Shown: positions 19,540-29,076 of the stretch, one piece after another | Layout of the letters: each line of letters starts with the position of its first letter | Numbering within the stretch: the first letter of the stretch is position 1 | DNA from: an uncultured Omnitrophica bacterium | Lineage (GTDB): Bacteria; Omnitrophota; Gorgyraeia; JACQQV01 | Direction of reading: 5' to 3' | Assembly: GCA_947085655.1 (NCBI GenBank) | Contig: CAMTXH010000006.1 | Coordinates: 6,498 to 70,497 of the forward strand | DNA length: 64,000 nucleotides | Made by a program: the position numbers and the translations under genes | The notes under the pieces: model-generated | What the model was told of the DNA's origin: nothing | The model's input: the letters and a program-made list of their open reading frames with translations, nothing else | Databases searched by the model: none

Positions 19540-20319
19540 TTAAAAATAAAGGCTGAATCCCAAAAAATTCAGAATGTCCCTCCCCCACATCAAAGCAATC
19601 ACGCTCCCGAGCGAAAGAAACGGACCGTACGGAATGACTTCCACTCCCTTTCGGAATTTCAAAATGAGTCCGACGACGGAGCCGAAAAAAGGAGCCACAA
19701 AAAAGGCAACCAGGACCAGTTTCCACCCCAAGACCGCCCCGACCATGGCGAGGAGTTTGACATCCCCACCCCCCATGCTTTCTTTGCGGAAGAAAAAATT
19801 TCCTAAAAGACCTATCCCATAAATGGAACCACCGCCGACCAATGCCCCAAGAGCCGACTCCCAAAGAGAAAGCCAGCGGTTTTCGCTTGCGTGAAGCGCC
19901 GGCACCAAAAAACTCAAAACGAGCGCCGCGGCGAGTCCCCCGAGACTGATGACATCCGGGATAATTTGATGTTCCAAATCGATGAAACTGACCACAATCA
20001 GTGCCGCCCCCCACGCCGCGTAAATGAGGGACTGCTCTGTCAGCCCAAAGATAAGATAAAACCACAAAAAAATCCCCGCGGTGAGTAATTCCACCACCCA
20101 ATACCGCTTGGAAATCAGCTTCTTGCAGAACCGGCACCGTCCTTTTAGAAGTAGAAAACTTAAAAGCGGGATATTGTCGTACCAGGGAATCGGCCGCTTG
20201 CACCCGAGACAGTGGGAATGGGGCATGACGATCGATTCTTCCCTCGGCAGCCGGACAATGCAGACATTCAGAAAACTGCCGACGACCGAACCGAAGACAA
20301 AAGCCAGCGCTCCGATCAT
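19540..20319 (-). CDS. pilD: Prepilin peptidase (A24)
   Basis: GSFLNVCIVRLP, two CxxC pairs, IDLEHQIIPD, MGGGDVKL, IPYGPFL; ATG 20319 overlaps the aroE stop. Confidence 0.94.
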   Translation of the reverse strand: MIGALAFVFGSVVGSFLNVCIVRLPREESIVMPHSHCLGCKRPIPWYDNIPLLSFLLLKGRCRFCKKLISKRYWVVELLTAGIFLWFYLIFGLTEQSLIYAAWGAALIVVSFIDLEHQIIPDVISLGGLAAALVLSFLVPALHASENRWLSLWESALGALVGGGSIYGIGLLGNFFFRKESMGGGDVKLLAMVGAVLGWKLVLVAFFVAPFFGSVVGLILKFRKGVEVIPYGPFLSLGSVIALMWGRDILNFLGFSLYF

Positions 20320-21170
20320 CCCCCGAGGGCCTCCCCCAGAGCTTTCCGCATCACTTCGAGCGGACTCCTTCGGCCTGTCCAAAGTTCAAAGGAACGGGCT
20401 CCTTGATGGAGAAGCATCCCTTTTCCGTCAATTCCCTGGAGCCCGCGGGACCTTGCCTGTCTTAAAAGGGCTGTTCCCTCCGGTGCATAGGAGAGGTCGC
20501 AGACCAAGAGTCCCGGATGAAGATCCCGCTCTTCAAAAAAAGAAAATTCCCTGACCGGGGTGGCATTCACCAGGATGTCGCACGGGGCGAGATACTCCTT
20601 TGCCAGTTCCCCGAGTCCCAGGTAGTATTCTTTTTCCTGACGCCCCTCCCGGTTTTCACCTGTGAGCAACGATTCCAAAATGTGGAACCGTTTCATCCGG
20701 ATATAGTAATAGCCGACAAAGGAAGCGCCTTCCTCTTTGAGTGCGATGGCAATCGCCTGGGCGGCCCCGCCGGCTCCGAGAATCAGAGCCTTTTTCTCTT
20801 TGAGAGAAACCGCCTGCTCTTTGAGAGACGCGACAAAGCCGCATCCGTCGGTTGAGTATCCGACAAGCCGGTTCTCCTCGACTTTGACCGTATTGACCGA
20901 GCAGGTCAACCGGACCTGGCGGTCAAGGAGATCCCCCCGCTCCACCATCCAGCGGTAGATGTGCGTTTTATACGGCACGGTGATATTGAAGCCGGAGATT
21001 CCCTCCGGACGAAGAGAGGCGAAAAAGTTCCTTGCGCTTTCTAAGGTGGGTCTTTCAAACGCCTCATAGGCAGCGTCCAGCCCCGCTGCCCGGAAGGCAG
21101 CGTTGTGCATGGCAGGAGAAGGACTCCGTGAGATGGGATATCCCAAAAGTCCGTACCGCTCACGGGTCAT
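20316..21170 (-). CDS. aroE: Shikimate dehydrogenase
   Basis: SRSPSPAMHN, GFNITVPYK, SVNT, GAGGAA, VNATP, GMLLHQG. Confidence 0.92.
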   Translation of the reverse strand: MTRERYGLLGYPISRSPSPAMHNAAFRAAGLDAAYEAFERPTLESARNFFASLRPEGISGFNITVPYKTHIYRWMVERGDLLDRQVRLTCSVNTVKVEENRLVGYSTDGCGFVASLKEQAVSLKEKKALILGAGGAAQAIAIALKEEGASFVGYYYIRMKRFHILESLLTGENREGRQEKEYYLGLGELAKEYLAPCDILVNATPVREFSFFEERDLHPGLLVCDLSYAPEGTALLRQARSRGLQGIDGKGMLLHQGARSFELWTGRRSPLEVMRKALGEALGG

Positions 21171-22736
21171 TCACACCAATCCCTTTTTGGGAGGCCGTTT
21201 GACGCGTTGAGGGGTTCGGGCATGGAGATGTTTGTTGATGGCGGAAAGATACGCCTTCGCACTCGCTTCGATGATATCTGTGGAAGTCCCCCGCGCCGTG
21301 ATCTCCCTGTCGTCAAATTTCACCCGGAGGGTGACTTCTCCTTGCGCATCCTTTCCCCCCGTGACCGCCCGGAGGGAATAATCCAAGAGATGCCCCTTGA
21401 CGCCGGTGATCCGGTCAATCGTTCTGTAGCAGGCATCCACTGGGCCGTCCCCGGAGGAGGCATCCTGAAGCAGTTTGTCCTTGCTCTTCAGGCGGACGGT
21501 GGCTGTCGGAACGGTCCCGGTCCCGCTCGAGGTGTGCACGTAATCGAGCGTGTAAACCTCCGGGACCTTTGCGATCTCCCCCTCGATGATGGCGGAGAGA
21601 TCCCCGTCAAAGACCTCTTTTTTCTTGTCGGCGAGCTGTTTAAACTCCTCAAAGGCCCGCTCGGTCTGGGCCTGGGTCAGGTGGTAGCCCAATTTTTTGA
21701 GCCGTTCCGTAAAGGCGTGGCGGCCGGAATGCTTTCCGAGGACGAGCTTCGAGTCCCCGAAACCGACGGAGCGCGGGTCGATGATTTCATACGTCGTCCG
21801 GCGCCGGAGGATTCCGTGCTGATGGATGCCCGACTCATGACGGAAGGCATTGGCCCCGACCACTGCCTTATTCGGCTGCACCACGAGCCCTGTGAGGGTG
21901 CTGACCATCCGGCTTGCTTTCATAATTTCCTTGGCGTTGATATCGGTGTAAACCGGGTAAAGGGTCCGACGGGTCGCAATACCCATCGCAATCTCCTCAA
22001 GCGAGGCGTTGCCTGCCCGCTCCCCGATCCCGTTCACCGTGCACTCGACCTGCCGGGCGCCGTTCAATACCGCCGAAAGCGAATTCGCCACGGCGAGCCC
22101 CAAGTCATTATGACAATGGACGCTGATCACCGCCTTGTGGATATTCGAAACCTCCTCCCGCATGGAGCGGATGAGATCCCCGAATTCAAACGGCGTGGTA
22201 TACCCGACCGTATCCGGAATGTTCACGGTCGTTGCCCCCGCGGCAATCGCTCTTTCAACCACCTTGAAAAGAAATTCCCGGTTGCTCCGGGCCGCATCTT
22301 CCGGAGAAAACTCCACGTCCTCGACGACTTTTTTGGCATACCGGACCATCGCCTCCGCAATCCGCATAATTTCGCTCTCCGCCTTCCGGAGTTTGTACTT
22401 CATGTGAATGGGGCTGGTCGCAATAAAGACATGGATCCGCGGCCTCCGGGCCGGTTTCACCGCCTCATAGGCCCGGTCGATATCCTTCGGGATGGTCCGT
22501 GCCAGTCCGCAGATGATCGGACGGCGGATCTCCTGGGCAATCCGTTTCACCGCCTCAAAATCACCGGGGGAGGCGATCGGAAACCCCGCCTCAATGACAT
22601 CCACGCCGAGGCGGTCCAGCTGCCGCGCAATCTCGAGTTTCTCAGGGGTCTCCAGACTCGCTCCCGGACACTGCTCTCCATCTCGGAGTGTCGTGTCGAA
22701 GATGATCAGTTTTTCCTTCTTGCCCTTACCGGCCAC
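21171..22736 (-). CDS. leuA: 2-isopropylmalate synthase
   Basis: [33 protein letters not shown]-terminal regulatory domain (GDGPVDA); GTG 22736 preferred. Confidence 0.95.
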   Translation of the reverse strand: MAGKGKKEKLIIFDTTLRDGEQCPGASLETPEKLEIARQLDRLGVDVIEAGFPIASPGDFEAVKRIAQEIRRPIICGLARTIPKDIDRAYEAVKPARRPRIHVFIATSPIHMKYKLRKAESEIMRIAEAMVRYAKKVVEDVEFSPEDAARSNREFLFKVVERAIAAGATTVNIPDTVGYTTPFEFGDLIRSMREEVSNIHKAVISVHCHNDLGLAVANSLSAVLNGARQVECTVNGIGERAGNASLEEIAMGIATRRTLYPVYTDINAKEIMKASRMVSTLTGLVVQPNKAVVGANAFRHESGIHQHGILRRRTTYEIIDPRSVGFGDSKLVLGKHSGRHAFTERLKKLGYHLTQAQTERAFEEFKQLADKKKEVFDGDLSAIIEGEIAKVPEVYTLDYVHTSSGTGTVPTATVRLKSKDKLLQDASSGDGPVDACYRTIDRITGVKGHLLDYSLRAVTGGKDAQGEVTLRVKFDDREITARGTSTDIIEASAKAYLSAINKHLHARTPQRVKRPPKKGLV

Positions 22737-23751
22737 TTTTGACTCCCGCTCTCTTGGGTTGTTGGTCTTCCCACGCAAACATACTCCGAATCTCTTTTCC
22801 TACTTTTTCAATCAAATGGTTGTCATCCTCACGAAGCAGCTTGTTGAAGAGGGGCCTTCCCTTTTCATGCTCCGCGATCCACTCCTTTGCGAATTTCTCC
22901 GTTTGAATTTCTCTCAAAATGTCGCGCATGATTTTTTTCGTCTGTTCGTTAATCACCCGCGGTCCCCGCGTGACATCGCCGTATTTGGCGGTATCGGAGA
23001 CGCGCTGGCGCATTCCCTGAATGCCAGTTGCATAAATCATGTCCACAATCAACTTCAGCTCATGCAAACACTCAAAATAGGCGAGTTCCGGCTGATACCC
23101 CGCCTCCACGAGGGTCTCGAATCCCGCTTTGATGAGCGCCGAAACACCCCCGCACAAAACCGCCTGCTCGCCGAAATTATCCGTCTCTGTCTCCTCCTTA
23201 AAGGTCGTCTCCAAAACCCCCGCACGGGTGCTTCCGATCCCCTTGGCATACGCAAGGGCGGTCTTGAGTGCGTTCCCGGAGGCATCCTGATAGACTGCGA
23301 CAAGGCTCGGCACCCCTTTTCCCTCCACATAAAGCTGCCGAAGCCGCGAGCCGGGTGCTTTCGGGGCAATCATGAAAACATCCACCTCTTTCGGCGGCAA
23401 AATCTGCTTGTGATGAATGTTAAAACCGTGCGAAAAGACAAGTGACTTCCCCCGCGAAAGATGCTTGGCGACCGATTCCCGGTAAATCTGCGGCTGGAGA
23501 GGATCCTGCGTCAAAATTTGAATCAGGTCGCAGGTCTTCGCCGCCTCTTCCGCGGTCACCGGCGAAAAGCCGTCTGCGAGGGCCTGGTCATAATGAACGC
23601 CCCCTTTCCGCTGGGCAATCATTACCTCAAGACCGGAATCCCTCAGGTTCAGGGCCTGGCCCCGTCCCTGAATCCCGTAGCCGATAATGCCGATTTTCTT
23701 TCCCTTCAGGATGTTTAAATCCGCATCTTTGTCGTAATAGATTTTTGCCAT
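22726..23751 (-). CDS. ilvC: Ketol-acid reductoisomerase
   Basis: [46 protein letters not shown]; ATG 23751. Confidence 0.96.
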   Translation of the reverse strand: MAKIYYDKDADLNILKGKKIGIIGYGIQGRGQALNLRDSGLEVMIAQRKGGVHYDQALADGFSPVTAEEAAKTCDLIQILTQDPLQPQIYRESVAKHLSRGKSLVFSHGFNIHHKQILPPKEVDVFMIAPKAPGSRLRQLYVEGKGVPSLVAVYQDASGNALKTALAYAKGIGSTRAGVLETTFKEETETDNFGEQAVLCGGVSALIKAGFETLVEAGYQPELAYFECLHELKLIVDMIYATGIQGMRQRVSDTAKYGDVTRGPRVINEQTKKIMRDILREIQTEKFAKEWIAEHEKGRPLFNKLLREDDNHLIEKVGKEIRSMFAWEDQQPKRAGVKSGR

Positions 23752-23764
23752 TATTTCCCCTTGA

Positions 23765-23879
23765 GGGACGTTTCTAGTTCTGGCTCCAACCTGTCCCTTG
23801 TTCGTCCATCTATGGGACGTTTTTAGAAGTGTCCCTTGTCTCTCTGCCACGCTAAGGGCACTTCTTAAAAACGTCCCTA
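23765..23879. repeat. REP-like inverted-repeat element plus a degenerate third arm
   Basis: gggacgtttttagaagtgtccctt (23814-23837) pairs with aagggcacttcttaaaaacgtccc (23854-23877); degenerate gggacgtttct...ctgtccc at 23765-23797; arms closely match those at 4193-4281. Confidence 0.8.
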
Positions 23880-24371
23880 TTGCTTGACAGTCAGTTTGCC
23901 CTTGCGGGAAAGGGCGATGCGACCGCTCCGGACAATTTCAAGGATGCCGTACGGTTTCAAAAGTTCGAAGACCGAACGGATTTTGCTCTGGTCGCCGGTG
24001 ACCTCAATCGTTAGCGTGTTGGTGGAGGCATCCATCACCCTGCCTTGAAAAGCATTGACCGCCTCGAGAATCTGCGGCCGGTTTTTTGGGGTGACGCCCA
24101 CCCGGACAAGGACAATCTCCCGTTCCAACAGATCATCGGGTGGGATATCCTGCACCTTGATCACATCGATCAGACGGTTCAACTGCTTCTTCACCTGTTC
24201 CAGGGTCCGTTCATCCCCCTCCACCACAATGGTCATCCGGGAGACGGTCGGGTCCTCGGTCTCCCCCACCGCCAGCGAATCGATGTTGAAACCCCGTGCA
24301 CTAAAAAGTCCGGAGACCCGTGAGAGGACCCCGAACTGATTCTCGACCAAAACCGAAATGGTGTGTTTCAT
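23877..24371 (-). CDS. ilvN: Acetolactate synthase small subunit
   Basis: [19 protein letters not shown]...[11 protein letters not shown] domain. Confidence 0.96.
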   Translation of the reverse strand: MKHTISVLVENQFGVLSRVSGLFSARGFNIDSLAVGETEDPTVSRMTIVVEGDERTLEQVKKQLNRLIDVIKVQDIPPDDLLEREIVLVRVGVTPKNRPQILEAVNAFQGRVMDASTNTLTIEVTGDQSKIRSVFELLKPYGILEIVRSGRIALSRKGKLTVKQ

Positions 24372-24380
24372 GATTTCATG

Positions 24381-26132
24381 TCAACTCAAACTCAGGTCCT
24401 CGGGAAGTTCCTCCGCGAATTTCCGATGCTGCGGCGTTCCGCCGTGCTCTTTGAGCGACTCGTAGGTTCCGAGCATCTCAGTGGCCGGCTTTCCGGGTGC
24501 AATCATCGGCCAACAGTTCTCCGTCTCCTCCACCAGGAAATTCATAATCACGGTATTGGGCGTCTTCAGCGCCTTCTCGATGGCGGGACGGACTTCTTCC
24601 CGCGTCTTCACCGTAATGCCCACCGCGCCGTACGCCTCGGCCAGTTTTGCAAAATCGGGCTGACCGACCATCTCGGATTGCGCATGGCGGCCCTTGTAGA
24701 AAAGGTCCTGCCACTGCCGCACCATCCCGTGATGGCGGTTGTTCATAATGGCCACCTTGACCCGGCAATTGTTTGAAACGGCGGTGGCGATCTCGTTCAA
24801 GGTCATCTCGAAACTTCCGTCCCCGTCAATATCAAAGACCACCTCGTTCGGACGGCCAAAAGAAGCGCCGATCGCGGCCGGAAAGCCGAATCCCATCGTG
24901 CCGAGACCGCCGCTGGTGAGAAACGACCGGGGCTTGTTGAATTGGTAAAACTGGGCGGCCCACATCTGGTGTTGGCCCACGCCGGTGGCGACCACCGCAT
25001 TCCCTCCCGTCGCCTCTGAAATCTGCTGAATGATATACTGTGGGAGGAGTTTGTCTTTTTCCTTGTAGACGAGGGGGTATTGGTCCTTCCACTCGGCAAT
25101 CTGTTTCAACCATCCGTTGGTCTCGCCCCGTTCCACGATTTTGTTCAACACCTCCAAGGTGGCGCGGACATCGCCTACAATGGGGATATCGATCGGAACG
25201 GTCTTGGAGATCTGCGAGGGGTCCACGTCGATCTGAATCTTTTTGGCCTTTTTCGCAAATTCATCCGGTTTGCCGGTCACCCGGTCGTCAAACCGCGCCC
25301 CCACCGCAATCAACAAATCGCACTCCCCCACCGCATAGTTGGTGTATTCGAACCCGTGCATCCCGAGCATCCCGAGAGACAAAGGATCCGTCTCCGGAAA
25401 TCCGCCGAGTCCCAAAAGCGTTGTCGTCACCGGAATCCGGGTCTTCCGGGCCAGTTCCGTCAGCTCCTTGGCTGCACCGGATGCAATCACGCCTCCGCCG
25501 GCATAGAGAACCGGACGCTTCGCCTTTTTGATCGCCTCCACCGCCTTCTTGACCTGACCGGCATGCCCTTCGAGCGTCGGCTTATATCCCCGGATGTTCA
25601 CCTCTTTCGGGTAGACAAATTCCGTCTCCGTGGTGCTGACATCAAGGGGAAGATCGATTAACACCGGTCCGGGACGTCCGGTTCTGGCAATGAAGAAAGA
25701 CTCACGTATAATTCGTGCCAGGTCCTTGACATTCTTCACCAGATAACTGTGTTTGACAATCGGCCGGGTAATGCCGATCGTGTCCGCTTCCTGAAAGGCA
25801 TCATTTCCAATCATAAAGGTCCGGACCTGTCCGGTAATCGCCACGACCGGGATGGAGTCCATGTAGGCGGTGGCGATGCCGGTGACCAAATTTGTTGCGC
25901 CGGGACCGGAGGTGGCAAGACAGACCCCCGCCTTTCCCGTTGCCCGGGCATAGCCGTCCGCCATATGGGCCGCCCCCTGTTCATGGCGACTCATGATGAC
26001 TTTAATGGGGGAATCGTACAAAGCATCAAATGTGGGAAGGTTTGCCCCGCCGGGAATTCCGAAGACAACATCCACCCCTTCCCGCAGAAGAGACTCCGCT
26101 AAAATCTTCGCACCGATGAGTTTTTTCACCAT
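24381..26132 (-). CDS. ilvB: Acetolactate synthase large subunit
   Basis: RHEQGAAHMADGYAR, TSGPGATN, GQHQMW, GDGS...NN TPP motif. Confidence 0.97.
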   Translation of the reverse strand: MVKKLIGAKILAESLLREGVDVVFGIPGGANLPTFDALYDSPIKVIMSRHEQGAAHMADGYARATGKAGVCLATSGPGATNLVTGIATAYMDSIPVVAITGQVRTFMIGNDAFQEADTIGITRPIVKHSYLVKNVKDLARIIRESFFIARTGRPGPVLIDLPLDVSTTETEFVYPKEVNIRGYKPTLEGHAGQVKKAVEAIKKAKRPVLYAGGGVIASGAAKELTELARKTRIPVTTTLLGLGGFPETDPLSLGMLGMHGFEYTNYAVGECDLLIAVGARFDDRVTGKPDEFAKKAKKIQIDVDPSQISKTVPIDIPIVGDVRATLEVLNKIVERGETNGWLKQIAEWKDQYPLVYKEKDKLLPQYIIQQISEATGGNAVVATGVGQHQMWAAQFYQFNKPRSFLTSGGLGTMGFGFPAAIGASFGRPNEVVFDIDGDGSFEMTLNEIATAVSNNCRVKVAIMNNRHHGMVRQWQDLFYKGRHAQSEMVGQPDFAKLAEAYGAVGITVKTREEVRPAIEKALKTPNTVIMNFLVEETENCWPMIAPGKPATEMLGTYESLKEHGGTPQHRKFAEELPEDLSLS

Positions 26133-26150
26133 TCCCTCGTAAACTTAATA

Positions 26151-26180
26151 ATTATACAGAGGAAGGGTTCTCTTTGTCAA
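26151..26180 (-). promoter_or_regulatory. sigma70-type promoter for the ilvB operon
   Basis: Minus strand TTGACA-N18-TATAAT inside the alr 3' end; the alr TAA stop lies within the -10 box. Confidence 0.75.
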
Positions 26181-27345
26181 TGGTAAGGGGCAAGACAAGG
26201 GGGGAGGGGTCCTGGTAGAAACGGGGTATGCGGCTTGAAAGCTGGGTAAGAAACTCATAAGGTATTGTATTATAAAGGGTTGTAAGTTCTTCTACCCGGA
26301 TCTCCTCCTTCTCCTGCCGGCCGATGAGGACCACTTCATCCCCGACCGATACGCCGGGACACTCTCCTACATCAACCATCATCTGATCCATACAGATCCG
26401 CCCGACCAGAGGAGCTCTTTTCCCCCGGACAAGGACGCTGCTTCGATTGGAGAGGAGCCGGTTGTATCCGTCCGCATAGCCGACCGGAAGGGTTGCGATG
26501 AGAGTCTCCCTGGAGGTGGTATAGGTTCCGCCGTAACTGATTTTTCTCCCTTTGGGCGTTTTCTTCAGATACACAATCCTTGAAAAAAAAGAGAGCGCCG
26601 GTTTCAACGAAAGGGTCTTCTTCTTCGGATCGGCATAACAGGGATCCACACCGTAAACCGCAAGCCCCGGCCGGACCAAGTTAAAATGGGACGCCGGATA
26701 ATGAAGAAGCCCCGCGGAATTGGCCATGTGAACAAAAGGCGGAAGAAGGGAATGTTTCTTTAAGGTCTCCGCCAGTTTTCGGAAACGTTCAATTTGAAGC
26801 GCTGTTTCGGCCGGGTCGGCATCGTCGGCGTTCGCAAGATGCGTATAAAGTCCCTCGAAAGATAAGTGGTTGAAGCGGCTCAAGGCCTGCGCCAGTCCGA
26901 ATGCCTCCTCATGCCAGACACCGATCCGTCCCATGCCGGTATCCACCTTCAGGTGAACCGGAATCCGTTTTTTCAAGCGCGCCGCTTTTTGGTCGAGCTG
27001 GCGCGCGCTCTCTTCCGTACAGACCGTCTGAATGAGATCGAACTCCATGACGGCCTCAATCTCATGCTCCAGAATTGTGCTTAACACCAAAATCGGGAGC
27101 CGGATCCCTTCTTGCTTTAAAAAAACGGCTTCATCAATGCTTGCGACGCCGAGGAAAGAGATTTCTTGAGTCTCAAGGAATCTTGCAATCTCGACGGCGC
27201 CGTGACCGTAGGCATTCGCCTTGACCGGAACCAATATTTCCGTCCCGGGACGGAGATGTTCGCGAATCCGGTCGAGGTTTTGGGTGATGGCTTTTAGGTC
27301 GATTTCGATCCAGGTGGGACGGTAGAAATCCTGTGGGCGTTCCAT
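26152..27345 (-). CDS. alr: Alanine racemase
   Basis: VKANAYGHG, KVDTGMGRIG, HMANSA, VRPG, GYADG, GRICMDQ. Confidence 0.97.
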   Translation of the reverse strand: MERPQDFYRPTWIEIDLKAITQNLDRIREHLRPGTEILVPVKANAYGHGAVEIARFLETQEISFLGVASIDEAVFLKQEGIRLPILVLSTILEHEIEAVMEFDLIQTVCTEESARQLDQKAARLKKRIPVHLKVDTGMGRIGVWHEEAFGLAQALSRFNHLSFEGLYTHLANADDADPAETALQIERFRKLAETLKKHSLLPPFVHMANSAGLLHYPASHFNLVRPGLAVYGVDPCYADPKKKTLSLKPALSFFSRIVYLKKTPKGRKISYGGTYTTSRETLIATLPVGYADGYNRLLSNRSSVLVRGKRAPLVGRICMDQMMVDVGECPGVSVGDEVVLIGRQEKEEIRVEELTTLYNTIPYEFLTQLSSRIPRFYQDPSPLVLPLTIDKENPSSV

Positions 27346-27353
27346 TTCGTTTT

Positions 27354-27362
27354 ATTATACCA
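27354..27362 (-). promoter_or_regulatory. Extended -10 promoter for alr (leaderless candidate)
   Basis: Minus strand TGGTATAAT ends 8 nt before the alr ATG; no SD in between. Confidence 0.6.
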
Positions 27363-27375
27363 CAAAACCGGGGAC

Positions 27376-27413
27376 AAAAAAAGAGGAAGGGACGAACCAT
27401 TCGTCCCTTCCTC
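27376..27413 (-). terminator. Rho-independent terminator
   Basis: 14-bp perfect stem gaggaagggacgaa/ttcgtcccttcctc, 3-nt loop, followed by T7 on the minus strand just after the 27432 stop. Confidence 0.85.
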
Positions 27414-27431
27414 AAACCTGCGACGGAGAAG

Positions 27432-27851
27432 TTACTTCGTCCCTTCCGTGGTGTAACTGGCTGGCTGGGCTTTTGTATCCGTCGTGTACCCCTTCGGATA
27501 CCGGCGGGGGACCAATTTTTCAACAAAGTTGTCCATTTTCTCCTGCCGGTCGGCTGCCAACTGTTTGTCAGGGGAACCGGGATGCCTTTGGGGTTTCAGT
27601 TTTTTCACCGGATTAACAAGCCACTTATCTACCTCTGCCTTCACACGTTGTTTTCTTTCATTCCACTTCTGTTTTTGTTCAGGCGTCATCTCGTTGGCTT
27701 TCGCCTCTCTTGCCCTTTGTTCCTCCGTCTTCATCTCCTCGCGGAGCCGTTTCGTTGTCACGGGTTTTTCGTTGGGAGCCCACGCCTCCGCCAGGGTGAC
27801 GCTGAAAAGAAAAAAGACTGCGCACCCAACTAACTTCCATACTCGTCTCAT
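27432..27851 (-). CDS. Hypothetical secreted, charged helical protein
   Basis: Signal peptide (…VTLAEA), E/K/R-rich body, start overlaps the FIST stop (ATGA), SD AGGAGG upstream. Confidence 0.7.
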   Translation of the reverse strand: MRRVWKLVGCAVFFLFSVTLAEAWAPNEKPVTTKRLREEMKTEEQRAREAKANEMTPEQKQKWNERKQRVKAEVDKWLVNPVKKLKPQRHPGSPDKQLAADRQEKMDNFVEKLVPRRYPKGYTTDTKAQPASYTTEGTK

Positions 27852-29050
27852 ATGACCTCCTTTCGGTTCGTCTGTTTTTCCCTGAAAATTCCGAGACTTG
27901 AGGTGTAGCCGTGAAGGTATGTTTTTCCGCCGACAGGGCCGATCTCGCCGTTGCAGAAAAACCCAGCGATCGCCGAAGGGCCGATGACAGAGCGGATCAT
28001 CTGGATGTCATGGTTCGGCTTTCCGTAAAGCCCCCTCCCCCTTCCCTGACAGCTGAAAAGAAGCATCCCGCGGGGTGGATCGCTCTTCAAAGAGGAGAGC
28101 TGGGACTCCAGAAGCGTCCGGAGATCCTCCTCGGATGTCTTGGCATCCCGAAGATGAAACTGGACCGTCTGACCCACCGACAAACGGTCTCCGATGATGA
28201 GCGCACCGGTGGTCGGGTCGGCTCCGATGATGTTCCGGATGAGAAAGTCCCCCCGCCCGAACTCGGACCTCATCTCATCCATCACCACACCGAGAAAAAG
28301 AGAATGTTGCGCCAAGACCCGATCCCGAAGAGAAAGACTCCCAAACAGTTCCTGAAGGACATCGACGGGGAATTTCCCTCCCAATTCCAATAGGGCATTT
28401 TCATCCGCTTTGGTAATGACAAACCGCTCCCCGATGGGACGGCACCCCTGCGAGACAATGGTGTCCAGAGAGATATTGCCGGTCAACGCAAGACCCACCG
28501 CCCCTTCCCGAATCACTTCGTCGTTCAGGAAGAGGAAATTCTGCCCCGCCTCGGTGGCACCGCTTGCAAGGCCTCCGATGACGGGACGCTCGCTGAAACC
28601 CTCGTTCAAATCATGAACCAGTTTCATCGCATCGCAGGTATACGGCTCGGGGATCAAGATGAAGGAGGGATGATCTTCCCGGGAGACGCCGATCCGTGTC
28701 GTCCACCGCTTTCCGACATTTCCGGAAAGTTCCAGTTCGATGGGGCTGACGGTAAAAGGATGAAGCAAGACCTCCGGGAGACGGGCCGCCACAAGCGACA
28801 TTGCCGGACGGAATTCAAGTTCCAGATCGTTTCCGATCACACCGCTCGAACTGCACCCGATCAAAATCGGATTTCCGAGTCCGTGCCGGAAACTCCGTAT
28901 CGCTTCCTCCCACGCTGTCTCATAATCGGGCGAGACAAAAAGAAAGACAAGGTGCGGAAGTTCCGAAAGGGACTTCCGGACCTCGATGGTCAGCTCGCTG
29001 AGCGCCTCAAGGGCGCTTTCTTTCTGGGTAATGGCCGAAACAAATTGCAT
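27848..29050 (-). CDS. FIST N/C-domain sensory protein
   Basis: IGCSSSGVIG, IGGLASG, VSQGCRPIG, VGQTVQFHLRD, LFSCQGRG, GFFCNGEIGP; ATG 29050 preferred. Confidence 0.9.
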   Translation of the reverse strand: MQFVSAITQKESALEALSELTIEVRKSLSELPHLVFLFVSPDYETAWEEAIRSFRHGLGNPILIGCSSSGVIGNDLELEFRPAMSLVAARLPEVLLHPFTVSPIELELSGNVGKRWTTRIGVSREDHPSFILIPEPYTCDAMKLVHDLNEGFSERPVIGGLASGATEAGQNFLFLNDEVIREGAVGLALTGNISLDTIVSQGCRPIGERFVITKADENALLELGGKFPVDVLQELFGSLSLRDRVLAQHSLFLGVVMDEMRSEFGRGDFLIRNIIGADPTTGALIIGDRLSVGQTVQFHLRDAKTSEEDLRTLLESQLSSLKSDPPRGMLLFSCQGRGRGLYGKPNHDIQMIRSVIGPSAIAGFFCNGEIGPVGGKTYLHGYTSSLGIFREKQTNRKEVI

Positions 29051-29063
29051 CGTAATCTCTTTT

Positions 29064-29076
29064 GGGACAGTCCCTA
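29064..29076. repeat. Single GGGACAGTCCC palindrome overlapping the tsaB stop
   Basis: gggacagtcccta; same core as the 18345-18402 doublet. Confidence 0.6.

Noticed and set aside
21207-22742. 511-aa plus-strand ORF
   Set aside because: Lies entirely antisense to leuA; shadow ORF.
23752-23850. N-terminal extensions in the ORF track (ilvC; also secA, mlaD, pilD, FIST)
   Set aside because: They overlap upstream genes or repeats; downstream starts match family N-termini.
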